In this document: piece after piece, positions 23,801 through 36,788 of the stretch
Position numbering within the stretch: position 1 is the stretch's first letter
Layout: every line of letters begins with the position of its first letter
Origin: Macrostomum hystrix
Lineage: Eukaryota; Animalia; Platyhelminthes
NCBI GenBank assembly: GCA_950097015.1
Contig: CATNEN010000039.1
Span: 4,216,001 to 4,280,000, forward strand
Length of the DNA stretch: 64,000 nucleotides
Direction of reading: 5' to 3'
Made by a program: the position numbers and the translations under genes
Notes under the pieces: generated by a model
What the model saw: the letters and a program-made list of their open reading frames with translations, nothing else
Database searches by the model: none
Told to the model about the DNA's origin: nothing

Positions 23801-26800
23801 GTAGACTGAGAATAGTAGACTGAGAATGGTAGACTGAGAATAGTAGACTGTTCTCAGTCTGAGAATGGTAGAAAAGTAGACTGAGAATGGTAGACTGAGA
23901 ATAGTAGACTGAGAATGGTAGACTGAGAATAGTAGACTGAGAATAGTAGACTGAGAATAGTAGACTGAGAATGGTAGACTGAGAACGGAAGACTGAGAAT
24001 TGTAGACTGAGAATTGTAGACTGAGAATAGTAGTCTGAGAATAGTAGACTGAGAATGGTAGACTGAGAACGGAAGACTGAGAATTGTAGACTGAGACTTG
24101 TAGACTGAGAATGGTAGACTGATAATGGTAGACTGAGAATGGTAGACTGAGAATAGTAGACTGAGAATGGTAGACTGAGAATAGTAGACTGAGAATGGTA
24201 GACTGAGAATGGTAGACTGAGAATGGTAGACTGAGAATGGTAGACTGAGAATAGTAGACTGAGAATGGTAGACTGAGAATGGTAGACTGAGAATGGTAGA
24301 CTGAGAATAGTAGACTGAGAATGGTAGACTGAGAATAGTAGACTGAGAATGGTAGACTGAGAATAGTAGACTGAGAAAAGTAGACTGAGAATGGTAGACT
24401 GAGAATGGTAGACTGAGAATAGTAGACTGAGAAAAGTAGACTGAGAATGGTAGACTGAGAATGGTAGACTGAGAATGGTAGACTGAGAATAGTAGACTGA
24501 GAATGGTAGACTGAGAATGGTAGACTGAGAATGGTAGACTGAGAATAGTAGACTGAGAATGGTAGACTGAGAATAGTAGACTGAGAATGGTAGACTGAGA
24601 ATAGTAGACTGTTCTCAGTCTGAGAATGGTAGAAAAGTAGACTGAGAATGGTAGACTGAGAATAGTAGACTGAGAATGGTAGACTGAGAATAGTAGACTG
24701 AGAATAGTAGACTGAGAATAGTAGACTGAGAATGGTAGACTGAGAACGGAAGACTGAGAATTGTAGACTGAGAATTGTAGACTGAGAATAGTAGTCTGAG
24801 AATAGTAGACTGAGAATGGTAGACTGAGAACGGAAGACTGAGAATTGTAGACTGAGACTTGTAGACTGAGAATGGTAGACTGATAATGGTAGACTGAGAA
24901 TGGTAGACTGAGAATAGTAGACTGAGAATGGTAGACTGAGAATAGTAGACTGAGAATGGTAGACTGAGAATGGTAGACTGAGAATGGTAGACTGAGAATA
25001 GTAGACTGAGAATGGTAGACTGAGAATGGTAGACTGAGAATGGTAGACTGAGAATAGTAGACTGAGAACGGTAGACTGAGAATAGTAGACTGAGAATGGT
25101 AGACTGATAATGGTAGACTGAGAATGGTAGACTGAGAATAGTAGACTGAGAATGGTAGACTGAGAATGGTAGACTGAGAATAGTAGACTGAGAATAGTAG
25201 ACTGAGAATGGTAGACTGAGAACGGAAGACTGAGAATTGTAGACTGAGAATTGTAGACTGAGAATAGTAGTCTGAGAATAGTAGACTGAGAATGGTAGAC
25301 TGAGAACGGAAGACTGAGAATTGTAGACTGAGACTTGTAGACTGAGAATGGTAGACTGATAATGGTAGACTGAGAATGGTAGACTGAGAATAGTAGACTG
25401 AGAATGGTAGACTGAGAATAGTAGACTGAGAATGGTAGACTGAGAATGGTAGACTGAGAATGGTAGACTGAGAATAGTAGACTGAGAATGGTAGACTGAG
25501 AATGGTAGACTGAGAATGGTAGACTGAGAATAGTAGACTGAGAAAAGTAGACTGAGAATGGTAGACTGAGAATGGTAGACTGAGAATGGTAGACTGAGAA
25601 TAGTAGACTGAGAAAAGTGGACTGAGAATGGTAGACTGAGAATGGTAGACTGAGAATTGTAGACTGAGAATAGTAGACTGAGAATGGTAGACTGAGAATA
25701 GTAGACTGAGAATGGTAGACTGAGAATGGTAGACTGAGAATGGTAGACTGAGAATGGTAGACTGAGAATGGTAGACTGAGAATGGTAGACTGAGAATGGT
25801 AGACTGAGAATGGTAGACTGAGAATAGTAGACTGAGAAAAGTAGACTGAGAATGGTAGACTGAGAATGGTAGACTGAGAATGGTAGACTAAGAATAGTAG
25901 ACTGAGAATGGTAGACTGAGAATGGTAGACTGAGAATGGTAGACTGAGAATAGTAGACTGAGAATGGTAGACTGAGAATAGTAGACTGAGAATAGTAGAC
26001 TGAGAATGGTAGACTGAGAATGGTAGACTGAGAATGGTAGACTGAGAATGGTAGACTGAGAATGGTAGACTGAGAATGGTAGACTGAGAACGGAAGCCTG
26101 AGAATTGTAGACTGAGAATTGTAGACTGAGAATTGTAGTCTGAGAATAGTAGACTGAGAATGGTAGACTGAGAACGGAAGACTGAGAATTGTAGACTGAG
26201 AATTGTAGACTGAGAATGGTAGACTGATAATGGTAGACTGAGAATGGTAGACTGAGAATGGTAGACTGAGAATGGTAGACTGAGAATGGTAGACTGAGAA
26301 TGGTAGACTGAGAATGGTAGACTGAGAATTGTAGAATGAGAATAGTAGACTGAGAATAGTAGACTGAGAATAGTAGACTGAGAATGGTAGACTGAGAACG
26401 GAAGACTGAGAATTGTAGACGGAGAATTGTAGACTGAGAATAGTAGTCTGAGAATGGTAGACTGAGAATGGTAGACTGAGAATGGTAGACTCAGAATGGT
26501 AGACTGAGAATAGTAGACTGAGAATGGTAGACTGAGAATGGTAGACTGAGAATGGTAGACTGAGAATGGTAGACTGATAATGGTAGACTGAGAATGGTAG
26601 ACTGAGAATAGTAGACTGAGAATGGTAGACTGAGAATAGTAGACTGAGAATGGTAGACTGAGAATGGTAGACTGAGAATGGTAGACTGAGAATAGTAGAC
26701 TGAGAATGGTAGACTGAGAATGGTAGACTGAGAATGGTAGACTGAGAATGGTAGACTGAGAATGGTAGACTGAGAATGGTAGACTGAGAATTGTAGACTG

Positions 26801-29800
26801 AGAATTGTAGACTGAGAATAGTAGTCTGAGAATAGTAGACTGAGAATGGTAGACTGAGAATGGTAGACTGAGAATAGTAGACTGAGAATGGTAGGCTGAG
26901 AATAGTAGACTGAGAATAGTAGACTGAGAATGGTAGACTGAGAATAGAAGACTGAGAATGGTAGACTGAGAATGGTAGACTGAGAATTGTAGACTGAGAA
27001 TAGTAGACTGAGAATGGTAGACTGAGAATAGTAGACTGAGAATAGTAGACTGAGAATAGTAGACTGAGAACGGTAGACTGAGAATAGTAGACTGAGAATG
27101 GTAGACTGATAATGGTAGACTGAGAATGGTAGACTGAGAATGGTAGACTGAGAATGGTAGACTGAGAATGGTAGACTGAGAATAGTAGACTGAGAATAGT
27201 AGACTGAGAATGGTAGACTGAGAACGGAAGACTGAGAATTGTAGACTGAGAATTGTAGACTGAGAATAGTAGTCTGAGAATAGTAGACTGAGAATGGTAG
27301 ACTGAGAACGGAAGACTGAGAATTGTAGACTGAGACTTGTAGACTGAGAACGGTAGACTGAGAATAGTAGACTGAGAATGGTAGACTGATAATGGTAGAC
27401 TGAGAATGGTAGACTGAGAATAGTAGACTGAGAATGGTAGACTGAGAATGGTAGACTGAGAATAGTAGACTGAGAATAGTAGACTGAGAATGGTAGACTG
27501 AGAACGGAAGACTGAGAATTGTAGACTGAGAATTGTAGACTGAGAATAGTAGTCTGAGAATAGTAGACTGAGAATGGTAGACTGAGAACGGAAGACTGAG
27601 AATTGTAGACTGAGACTTGTAGACTGAGAATGGTAGACTGATAATGGTAGACTGAGAATGGTAGACTGAGAATAGTAGACTGAGAATGGTAGACTGAGAA
27701 TAGTAGACTGAGAATGGTAGACTGAGAATGGTAGACTGAGAATGGTAGACTGAGAATAGTAGACTGAGAATGGTAGACTGAGAATGGTAGACTGAGAATG
27801 GTAGACTGAGAATAGTAGACTGAGAATGGTAGACTGAGAATAGTAGACTGAGAATGGTAGACTGAGAATAGTAGACTGTTCTCAGTCTGAGAATGGTAGA
27901 AAAGTAGACTGAGAATGGTAGACTGAGAATAGTAGACTGAGAATGGTAGACTGAGAATAGTAGACTGAGAATAGTAGACTGAGAATAGTAGACTGAGAAT
28001 GGTAGACTGAGAACGGTAGACTGAGACTTGTAGACTGAGAATGGTAGACTGATAATGGTAGACTGAGAATGGTAGACTGAGAATAGTAGACTGAGAATGG
28101 TAGACTGAGAATAGTAGACTGAGAATGGTAGACTGAGAATGGTAGACTGAGAATGGTAGACTGAGAATAGTAGACTGAGAATGGTAGACTGAGAATGGTA
28201 GACTGAGAATGGTAGACTGAGAATAGTAGACTGAGAATGGTAGACTGAGAATAGTAGACTGAGAATGGTAGACTGAGAATAGTAGACTGTTCTCAGTCTG
28301 AGAATGGTAGAAAAGTAGACTGAGAATGGTAGACTGAGAATAGTAGACTGAGAATGGTAGACTGAGAATAGTAGACTGAGAATAGTAGACTGAGAATAGT
28401 AGACTGAGAATGGTAGACTGAGAACGGAAGACTGAGAATTGTAGACTGAGAATTGTAGACTGAGAATAGTAGTCTGAGAATAGTAGACTGAGAATGGTAG
28501 ACTGAGAACGGAAGACTGAGAATTGTAGACTGAGACTTGTAGACTGAGAATGGTAGACTGAGAATGGTAGACTGAGAATAGTAGACTGAGAATGGTAGAC
28601 TGAGAATAGTAGACTGAGAATGGTAGACTGAGAATGGTAGACTGAGAATGGTAGACTGAGAATAGTAGACTGAGAATGGTAGACTGAGAATGGTAGACTG
28701 AGAATGGTAGACTGAGAATAGTAGACTGAGAATGGTAGACTGAGAATAGTAGACTGAGAATGGTAGACTGAGAATAGTAGACTGTTCTCAGTCTGAGAAT
28801 GGTAGAAAAGTAGACTGAGAATGGTAGACTGAGAATAGTAGACTGAGAATGGTAGACTGAGAATAGTAGACTGAGAATAGTAGACTGAGAATAGTAGACT
28901 GAGAATGGTAGACTGAGAACGGAAGACTGAGAATTGTAGACTGAGAATTGTAGACTGAGAATAGTAGTCTGAGAATAGTAGACTGAGAATGGTAGACTGA
29001 GAACGGAAGACTGAGAATTGTAGACTGAGACTTGTAGACTGAGAATGGTAGACTGATAATGGTAGACTGAGAATGGTAGACTGAGAATAGTAGACTGAGA
29101 ATGGTAGACTGAGAATAGTAGACTGAGAATAGTAGACTGAGAATGGTAGACTGAGAATGGTAGACTGAGAATGGTAGACTGAGAATAGTAGACTGAGAAT
29201 GGTAGACTGAGAATAGTAGACTGAGAATGGTAGACTGAGAATAGTAGACTGAGAAAAGTAGACTGAGAATGGTAGACTGAGAATGGTAGACTGAGAATAG
29301 TAGACTGAGAAAAGTAGACTGAGAATGGTAGACTGAGAATGGTAGACTGAGAATGGTAGACTGAGAATAGTAGACTGAGAATGGTAGACTGAGAATGGTA
29401 GACTGAGAATGGTAGACTGAGAATAGTAGACTGAGAATGGTAGACTGAGAATAGTAGACTGAGAATGGTAGACTGAGAATAGTAGACTGTTCTCAGTCTG
29501 AGAATGGTAGAAAAGTAGACTGAGAATGGTAGACTGAGAATAGTAGACTGAGAATGGTAGACTGAGAATAGTAGACTGAGAATAGTAGACTGAGAATAGT
29601 AGACTGAGAATGGTAGACTGAGAACGGAAGACTGAGAATTGTAGACTGAGAATTGTAGACTGAGAATAGTAGTCTGAGAATAGTAGACTGAGAATGGTAG
29701 ACTGAGAACGGAAGACTGAGAATTGTAGACTGAGACTTGTAGACTGAGAATAGTAGACTGATAATGGTAGACTGAGAATGGTAGACTGAGAATAGTAGAC

Positions 29801-30650
29801 TGAGAATGGTAGACTGAGAATAGTAGACTGAGAATGGTAGACTGAGAATGGTAGACTGAGAATGGTAGACTGAGAATAGTAGACTGAGAATGGTAGACTG
29901 AGAATGGTAGACTGAGAATGGTAGACTGAGAATAGTAGACTGAGAATGGTAGACTGAGAATAGTAGACTGAGAATGGTAGACTGAGAATAGTAGACTGAG
30001 AAAAGTAGACTGAGAATGGTAGACTGAGAATGGTAGACTGAGAATAGTAGACTGAGAAAAGTAGACTGAGAATGGTAGACTGAGAATGGTAGACTGAGAA
30101 TGGTAGACTGAGAATAGTAGACTGAGAATGGCAGACTGAGAATAGTAGACTGAGAACGGTAGACTGAGAATAGTAGACTGAGAATGGTAGACTGAGAATA
30201 GTAGACTGAGAATAGTAGACTGAGAATAGTAGACTGAGAATGGTAGACTGAGAACGGAAGACTGAGAATTGTAGACTGAGAATTGTAGACTGAGAATAGT
30301 AGTCTGAGAATAGTAGACTGAGAATGGTAGACTGAGAACGGAAGACTGAGAATTGTAGACTGAGACTTGTAGACTGAGAATGGTAGACTGATAATGGTAG
30401 ACTGAGAATGGTAGACTGAGAATAGTAGACTGAGAATGGTAGACTGAGAATAGTAGACTGAGAATGGTAGACTGAGAATGGTAGACTGAGAATGGCAGAC
30501 TGAGAATGGTAGACTGAGAATGGCAGACTGAGAATAGTAGACTGAGAATGGTAGACTGAGAATGGCAGACTGATAATGGTAGACTGAGAATGGTAGACTG
30601 AGAATAGTAGACTGAGAAGTCTACTATTCTCAGTACCATTATCAGTAGAC
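20889..30650. repeat. 9.7-kb satellite of 14-bp units (gactgagaatRgta) with higher-order repeats
   Basis: Roughly 690 units with recurring variant units and inverted units. Confidence 0.98.
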
Positions 30651-32372
30651 TAGTTATTAAGTTATTATTTGTGAGTAATGACGATGGGGCATTGCATAAA
30701 AAATAACTTTGAGCTGAGGAAGTTTATCTTATTTTTTTGAAATTTAGGAACACGCATGAGTTTCACTTGTGAGCGCTGGAAAAGTAGTTAAGGATGATTA
30801 CATCATGCGACTAAACAGGATAGAAGCCCCGTAGTTCTATGTGTTTTATCTACTTATATGACTACATATAGTATTTGTAGACATTCGGCGTCTATAGTAA
30901 CTCATCTATATGCCCTGACTGCATGTGTATACAGTCAGACAAAAACAAAACCTTTTTCGCTATTTTGTGGCTCATTGTGTGGTTCTAAATCTCGTGTTAT
31001 ACACTAGTAGGTATACTAAATGCTAAGTAAACCTATGCATACAAAAGCATTACTTGGCACATATGAGAGTATAATAAATCACTTAAAAGCAATTTTCTTT
31101 GCATTTTATTCATTCCGATTCTATTTCACTTTAATTTTTCCATTCTTTTTTGCTAAGAATTTGCTAAGAATCACTATAGGAAATATTATATGGTATATTA
31201 TGTTGACAGGAAATTAATAGATATAAATATAGAAGAATAGACAGAATGGACAGCCATACCAGGTGTACTAGATGTTCTGCCTAGATGTTTTAACTAATGC
31301 AACTAAGCATTGAATGTCATGTTCATAAACAAAAATTGTTTCCCATCGTGGAACGGAATTCGAACTCGCGACTTCTCTGTCATATTGGCCAGGTGGGCCA
31401 CAAGTTACACTGAAACTAATCCACAGCTTGTGACGATTAATTATGGACTTCAAATCGATGCACTGCGTTAAAAAAACTTGAGTTTAAATGGGTTTTGACA
31501 TTCTGACAAATTATGACATCTTTATTAAGCTATTAGTTTTATTTTAAAAATGTATTGGCTACTACTTTAAGTAACATTTATTGCGTGGAAAAATCGTAGA
31601 AAGATTTGGTTCCATATTCCGCTATATGACGGATTTTCCATGGCAGAGCCGTGCCATGCATGTGACGCATGCTTAACTGCTAAAAATAGCAATGATCAAA
31701 TCTCCAACTGGAAATAGAAGTCTGAACTTCTATTGTGGGCTGTATCAAAGCACTCCAAACGGCTGTCTTTTCCACGGATCTGCCACGGGGAGTCAGCGGA
31801 TTTCTCGCTGCTGGTCCATCGAAATACCGCAATAGTAAGCTGGCGGGCTCATTTCTTTCGCGCGCGCTTGTACCACACCCGACCCCCGACCTGCGTTTGC
31901 CAGTTTGTGCTGCAAAAAATCGTCCAGCGGTCCTTACTATTCCATACGATCGATACAGGTACGCATGAAACTTAAAATATTTAATTTCTTGACGTTCTAA
32001 TGCCCTTTTATAATTGTATCCTGAAATACTGACCGTCAATTTTTAAAAGCAATGCTGAATTAGTGGCTGAAGCGTACAACTTCATGAATAATCAGGCTCT
32101 AATATGTAGCTTATAATGAAACTACTTACCTTGTCGTCTTTTATACAAAATAAACTATAAACATTTTAGGAATCAATTGCATTTCGTCAGCGAGGGTCAA
32201 TATAAATAGTGGCAGAAATACTAAAATTCTGCGATGCAAGACTTCGCTACTAGAAGTAGTGCTGAGCTAACCCTTCAATATTTAACACATTTTTAATCTA
32301 GTAAGTATATTCTGTTTTGTTACGATAATGCATCAAGCTTATTTAATACAAAACTGTTTTATTTGAAGGAAT

Positions 32373-34379
32373 ATGCTTCTCGTGATTATCATTGGAGCCA
32401 TCAGTCAAGGAATTTGGCCTTGGGAACGATTGCGCAAAATTCTGGACGAGGTATTCGATGAAGTCTCAATCGTAAATACCGGCCAGGGCGTTGACTTTGG
32501 CGAACTGAAGCAGCAGATAGCAGCCTGCGATGCCATCTTAGTGCTCGAAAATGAGGCACCCAAAGCAGTATTGCCAAAAGATGTACTCAGCACACTTCAA
32601 GGGTTGATTGTGACAAAGGTGAGTTTTTTACTATGTATTTTACAATGAGCGCGGCCAAGAATCATAATCAGCTAATCCAGTCTGTCAGACATAGATAAAA
32701 AATTTATGGCAACATTATGGCAACGAAAATGTATTTCAGTGCTTCGAAAATCGAAAGCGAGTCGCACACATACTGAAAAATAACATCGAAGATCAAGTCG
32801 GTACGAGCTGGATAAAAAGCAACCGAGCAAGGAAGGTTTTTTGGTTCTACTACTTGAAAACGACTCCTGAAGATGCATTGATGCCTCAGTTAGAGAAAAA
32901 TAAATCTGGTAAAGGTCTTACCTGTCCTAAAATATTCCAGCATGTTTGTTTTCATCTTTTTATAAAAACAGCGCAGTAAAAGGCCTTCCACAAACTTGCT
33001 TTTCAGTGAAAAAATTTAGCAGTCCAGGAGAGAGCTTCGCGTGGCAGCTTGCCGCTGGGTTTCTGTCCTACATTCTGCCTAATTTGAGAGGCCATATTCG
33101 GGCTTCACTCTTCGACCAAAGCGGCTGCATCAGACAAGATTTGCTGACCGAGTTCAGAGTCACGGGCATTGACCCGACCAGAATTCTCGTCGTTCCGAGG
33201 TTCCTGCTGGTGCTCGATGAGCGCATTGTGCTCGGTCAGCAGTCGGTGTCCAGCATGTGTCCGCAACACCTGTTTCCCGGCTGCTCAAAGATCTGCAGCG
33301 CATCCACTGAGCTGAGCCTCGAGTTCGACAGTCCTGGATACAAGAAGCGAGTGCCAGCATACCTGATGCAGCTCGAGCAGCCCCTCACAAAGGGTCAGTC
33401 GACATTCACACACGCTGTGATCTTCGGCGGCTATGCTGCACCGATGTTCGTCATGCAGAAGCTGAGCATGAGCGATGAAGAGAAGAAGCAGATGTTTGAG
33501 CAGTTCAGAGATGAGCTCAGCTTCATTCAGCATCACCCGAGAGCGAATGCGATTCTGAGAGAGCTCAGCGACTGCAGCTCAGATGGCGTCAGCGAGTCGG
33601 AGCCGAGTGCACTTCACGTGATCGACATGAAGGAGGAAGACTCGCTGAGGTCTTCCATCGTTGCTAGCATTGAGGACTTTCTGCTTTTTGATGACTGGAC
33701 TCTCGTTTCAGAAAATGAGAATGGTTCAAGCCTAACAACACCTGGAGACGAGGTTCCATTTATGTCCATGGCTTTTGCGATGGCTGCGAACGTGTGGTTT
33801 GGATTTGCTCAGCTTGTCAGTGATTGTAAGTTCATATTGTGGCTTTATAATTGTTGATTGCTTTCTTCTTATCAGCAGACAGCCTTTATCATTCGGAGCC
33901 AAACTCACTTTATTGTAGACCTTTCGCAACTATCCACTGATGGGGAGCAGATGCCGTTCGACCTGCCGTACTTCTTCGTGATCCCGAGGAGCGGTCGCTT
34001 CCCTGACGAGTCGAAGCTGCTCAGCCGGTTCGCCGAGGTCGGAGCTCAATCGAGTGTGCAGGAGTTTCGAGCAGCCAGCGGCAGACGCTACAGCTTCCGA
34101 GTGCACGAGTGGAGGTCGCGCACGATCGCATTCGAGATTCCGCCGTGTGTGCTCGGGCTTCGAAGGCAGGCGGAGTGCGGCGTCGGTGGAATCGACGCAG
34201 GAGACCTGCCGACTCACCTTGCCGAGTTCCGAGACGCTCTCAGCAAGCTCGCTGCAGACGGTGGAGACCGATTCCGGGTGGTCGAGTGGGATGACGTCAC
34301 TGGCTTTGAAGAATTATCATGCATAGATAATAAATTTGCAGTGAATCTTCTTGACTTTTTGGATTTCAAATGCTACTGA
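32373..34379 (+). CDS. Gene B: TIR-STING-STING protein, 564 aa (exons 32373-32618, 32740-32908, 33007-33825, 33919-34379)
   Basis: Exons sum to 1695 nt in frame. TIR-like N-terminus (LLVIII...ELKQQIAACDAILVLE); STING-1 GESFAWQLAAGFLSYILPNL...GYKKRV...GGYAAP...EQFRDELSFI; STING-2 AFAMAANVWFGF...FVIPRSGRFPD...GRRYSF...AFEIPPCVLGL. Confidence 0.82.
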
Positions 34380-35160
34380 TCACAATTGATTAACGCAAAA
34401 GTTCCGGCTGAAATAAATAATATATTCAGCAACGCGTTGAGACGTTTACAAGAAGCGGGATTGTTCGGGCCTTAGCTGCGGGGTGGCTCAGCTTGACCCC
34501 GGATCGATGTGTTGCAATCGTCGGCATACAAGGCCGATTAGTTACCGACTTTTGTCTGGGAGCGATGATCTAGCACCTAGACCTAGGGTCAAAGAGTCTG
34601 TGTGAATTAGGTTTCAATATTCGATCGCAAGTTAATTATGTTGCGCTTGATTCTAAAGCCCTTTGCATAAACAGTGCTTAGTACAGTGTGAGCACTTGTA
34701 ATTATTTATTTGATATGTACATTAAATCAACATAAGCATTGAATTTGATTTTATAATTGCATGTGCCAAGAATTCTCCATGGCGGAAACCAAAAAATGAA
34801 ATATAAGGCATTTAAAACAAACTACGAGTAGTTTGTGTTTAAAAAACGTAATTGCTTCTATGCAGTCTGGAGTGTTTCGCTGAAGTAGGGCTCCTGTTGA
34901 AGGAAAAGCCATGGAAAAGCCTCGGAAATACCTTCGGAATTTATTCGTTAAAAATAGCTGAAGACATGCGCTTCTAAGCTATGACGAGCTACAGGTACGA
35001 TCGTTCTACAGTATCCTCGGAATTGTTATATATGTTATTTATGCTATGGACTGGCATATTGAGCGTGTATTAGCCGTCTTTCTTGATGCAAATTAAATGC
35101 GCTAATCAACGCAGAACTTGTTTCATATTTTATTCAAGAAGATGCATGGCTTTTTAGTCC

Positions 35161-35600
35161 TTAAACAGAAGAAAGACTACTGGGGTATTTCAAATACCCA
35201 CATTCATATTTTCTCTGTATCTCTCAAAATATTCAACCAATCGCCATGAAAATCCAGAACACAGACTAAAATTTTCCTCTCTATCCGATAAAACAATATC
35301 CAGAATCACAAAACATCGGCATCGTCGAGATATTCAATGATTCTCGTCGGGGTATCTGGAGGCAAACACCACCAATAAAGCCATGTTTTTCTACTCACAA
35401 AATTTCATCATATAACCATGTCGGTAGATAAAATAGATTCTTTTTTAATATTACACTATTGAACCAACATGAATTCACCATAGAGGTTTACAAGGAGCAA
35501 TGTTAGTTGTCCTTGTCACCAAGGTCTTCGACAAGAATCGCAGGATGTCTCGACGATGTTGACGTCGGACGGCTTTGAAAGTCAGTTCATCGTAAAGGGC
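35161..35600. mobile_element. TTAA-flanked MITE family, copy 2
   Basis: Starts ttaaacagaagaaagactactggggtatttcaaataccc; internal catcggcatcgtcgagatattcaa is the reverse complement of sequence in the 41.8-42.3 kb copy. Confidence 0.55.
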
Positions 35601-36788
35601 GGAAAGTTTTGATACAAATGGTGGACTTTCACGAAGATCGGTCATCCAGTTTGGGAGCTATCGTGAATTAGGCAGTGGGTAGTTGAAATACTCCTTGCCC
35701 CCTGTCTTTCCCAAGAGAAAAATCGAGCGGTCTTTCTCCTGTTAAGCAGGCGCAAAGTTCCAGTTAGCCCGAAAATGCATGCATGCGCCCTATACCATAG
35801 TAACCTTTGACTGCACAGTAAAGCAGCTACTCTTAGAGTATGAAGTTTCTTGGAAACAAGCAAACTACAATAACCTTCTGTACTGCGATGATCTTGTCAT
35901 ATTTGACCAGGACGGATAACCCAGAACTGCAACATTATATTGACTCGATAAGGTTTCAGAATTCTGTCCACAAAACAACCTTGAAAAAAAGTTTTTCAAA
36001 AAGCCACATCAACCCATCTTCTACTGAGGATGTCAAAGATAGTGAGCAAAGTAGTGCAGAAATTCAGAAAAAACATAAAGAACTAAATGCCGTTTGGGAT
36101 ACATTTGGGATACATCTGCAGAATTAACTGGAATACTACATCCAGGATCCTAAAACATTCATTCGTTATATGCGTTTCCAGGAATTTATTATTGCATATC
36201 AATCTGACGCAAAATATCTACTGCGTTTGTACGTCCCTCTATAATTAAAGACTCTGTTATATATGTACTTTAAACAGTTCATACTACGGTTGACAGGCAG
36301 TAGCAAGGCGGCACATAAAATTGCTTCACAACGCTTTTGGCTTAACTGGTTGAAACTGCCGTCTGACTAGGAACTTTCTTCGAAAAGCGTGTAATTATGC
36401 CGGAAATTCCATGGAAATGCCATGCAGCATAATTGCTCACTTTATTTAGAAACACACGCGCTAGTGAGTCACTTGCTGCCCTAGTCCGACAGGCCCATTG
36501 TCTTTCTTTCCTTCCCACAGATAGCACTCATTCTGAGCAGGCTAAGCAAAAGGCCAAACCACGGAATTTCCACGGATTTTTCGTTGAATTTCTTCCAGAG
36601 AGGCGATGTCGTACTGAAGGTCGAAGGCAGAAAAACTAAATGCGAGTGTATACTTACAGGCAATTCATGATTTAGACTGTTTTTTGGTGACTAAACCACT
36701 TTTTTATTTTCTGTGCGACCCCTCTAGAATCATAAGTGGAAACAGTCGTAACTTTCTGGAACTACTCGAAATCCTCTGAGGTGAAGCA

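Noticed and set aside
26491-30639. 1382-aa ORF on the minus strand
   Set aside because: It is the translation of the 14-bp satellite, whose minus strand lacks stop codons; no coding evidence.
35840-36127. 95-aa ORF between genes B and C
   Set aside because: No recognisable domain or splice context; AT-rich.
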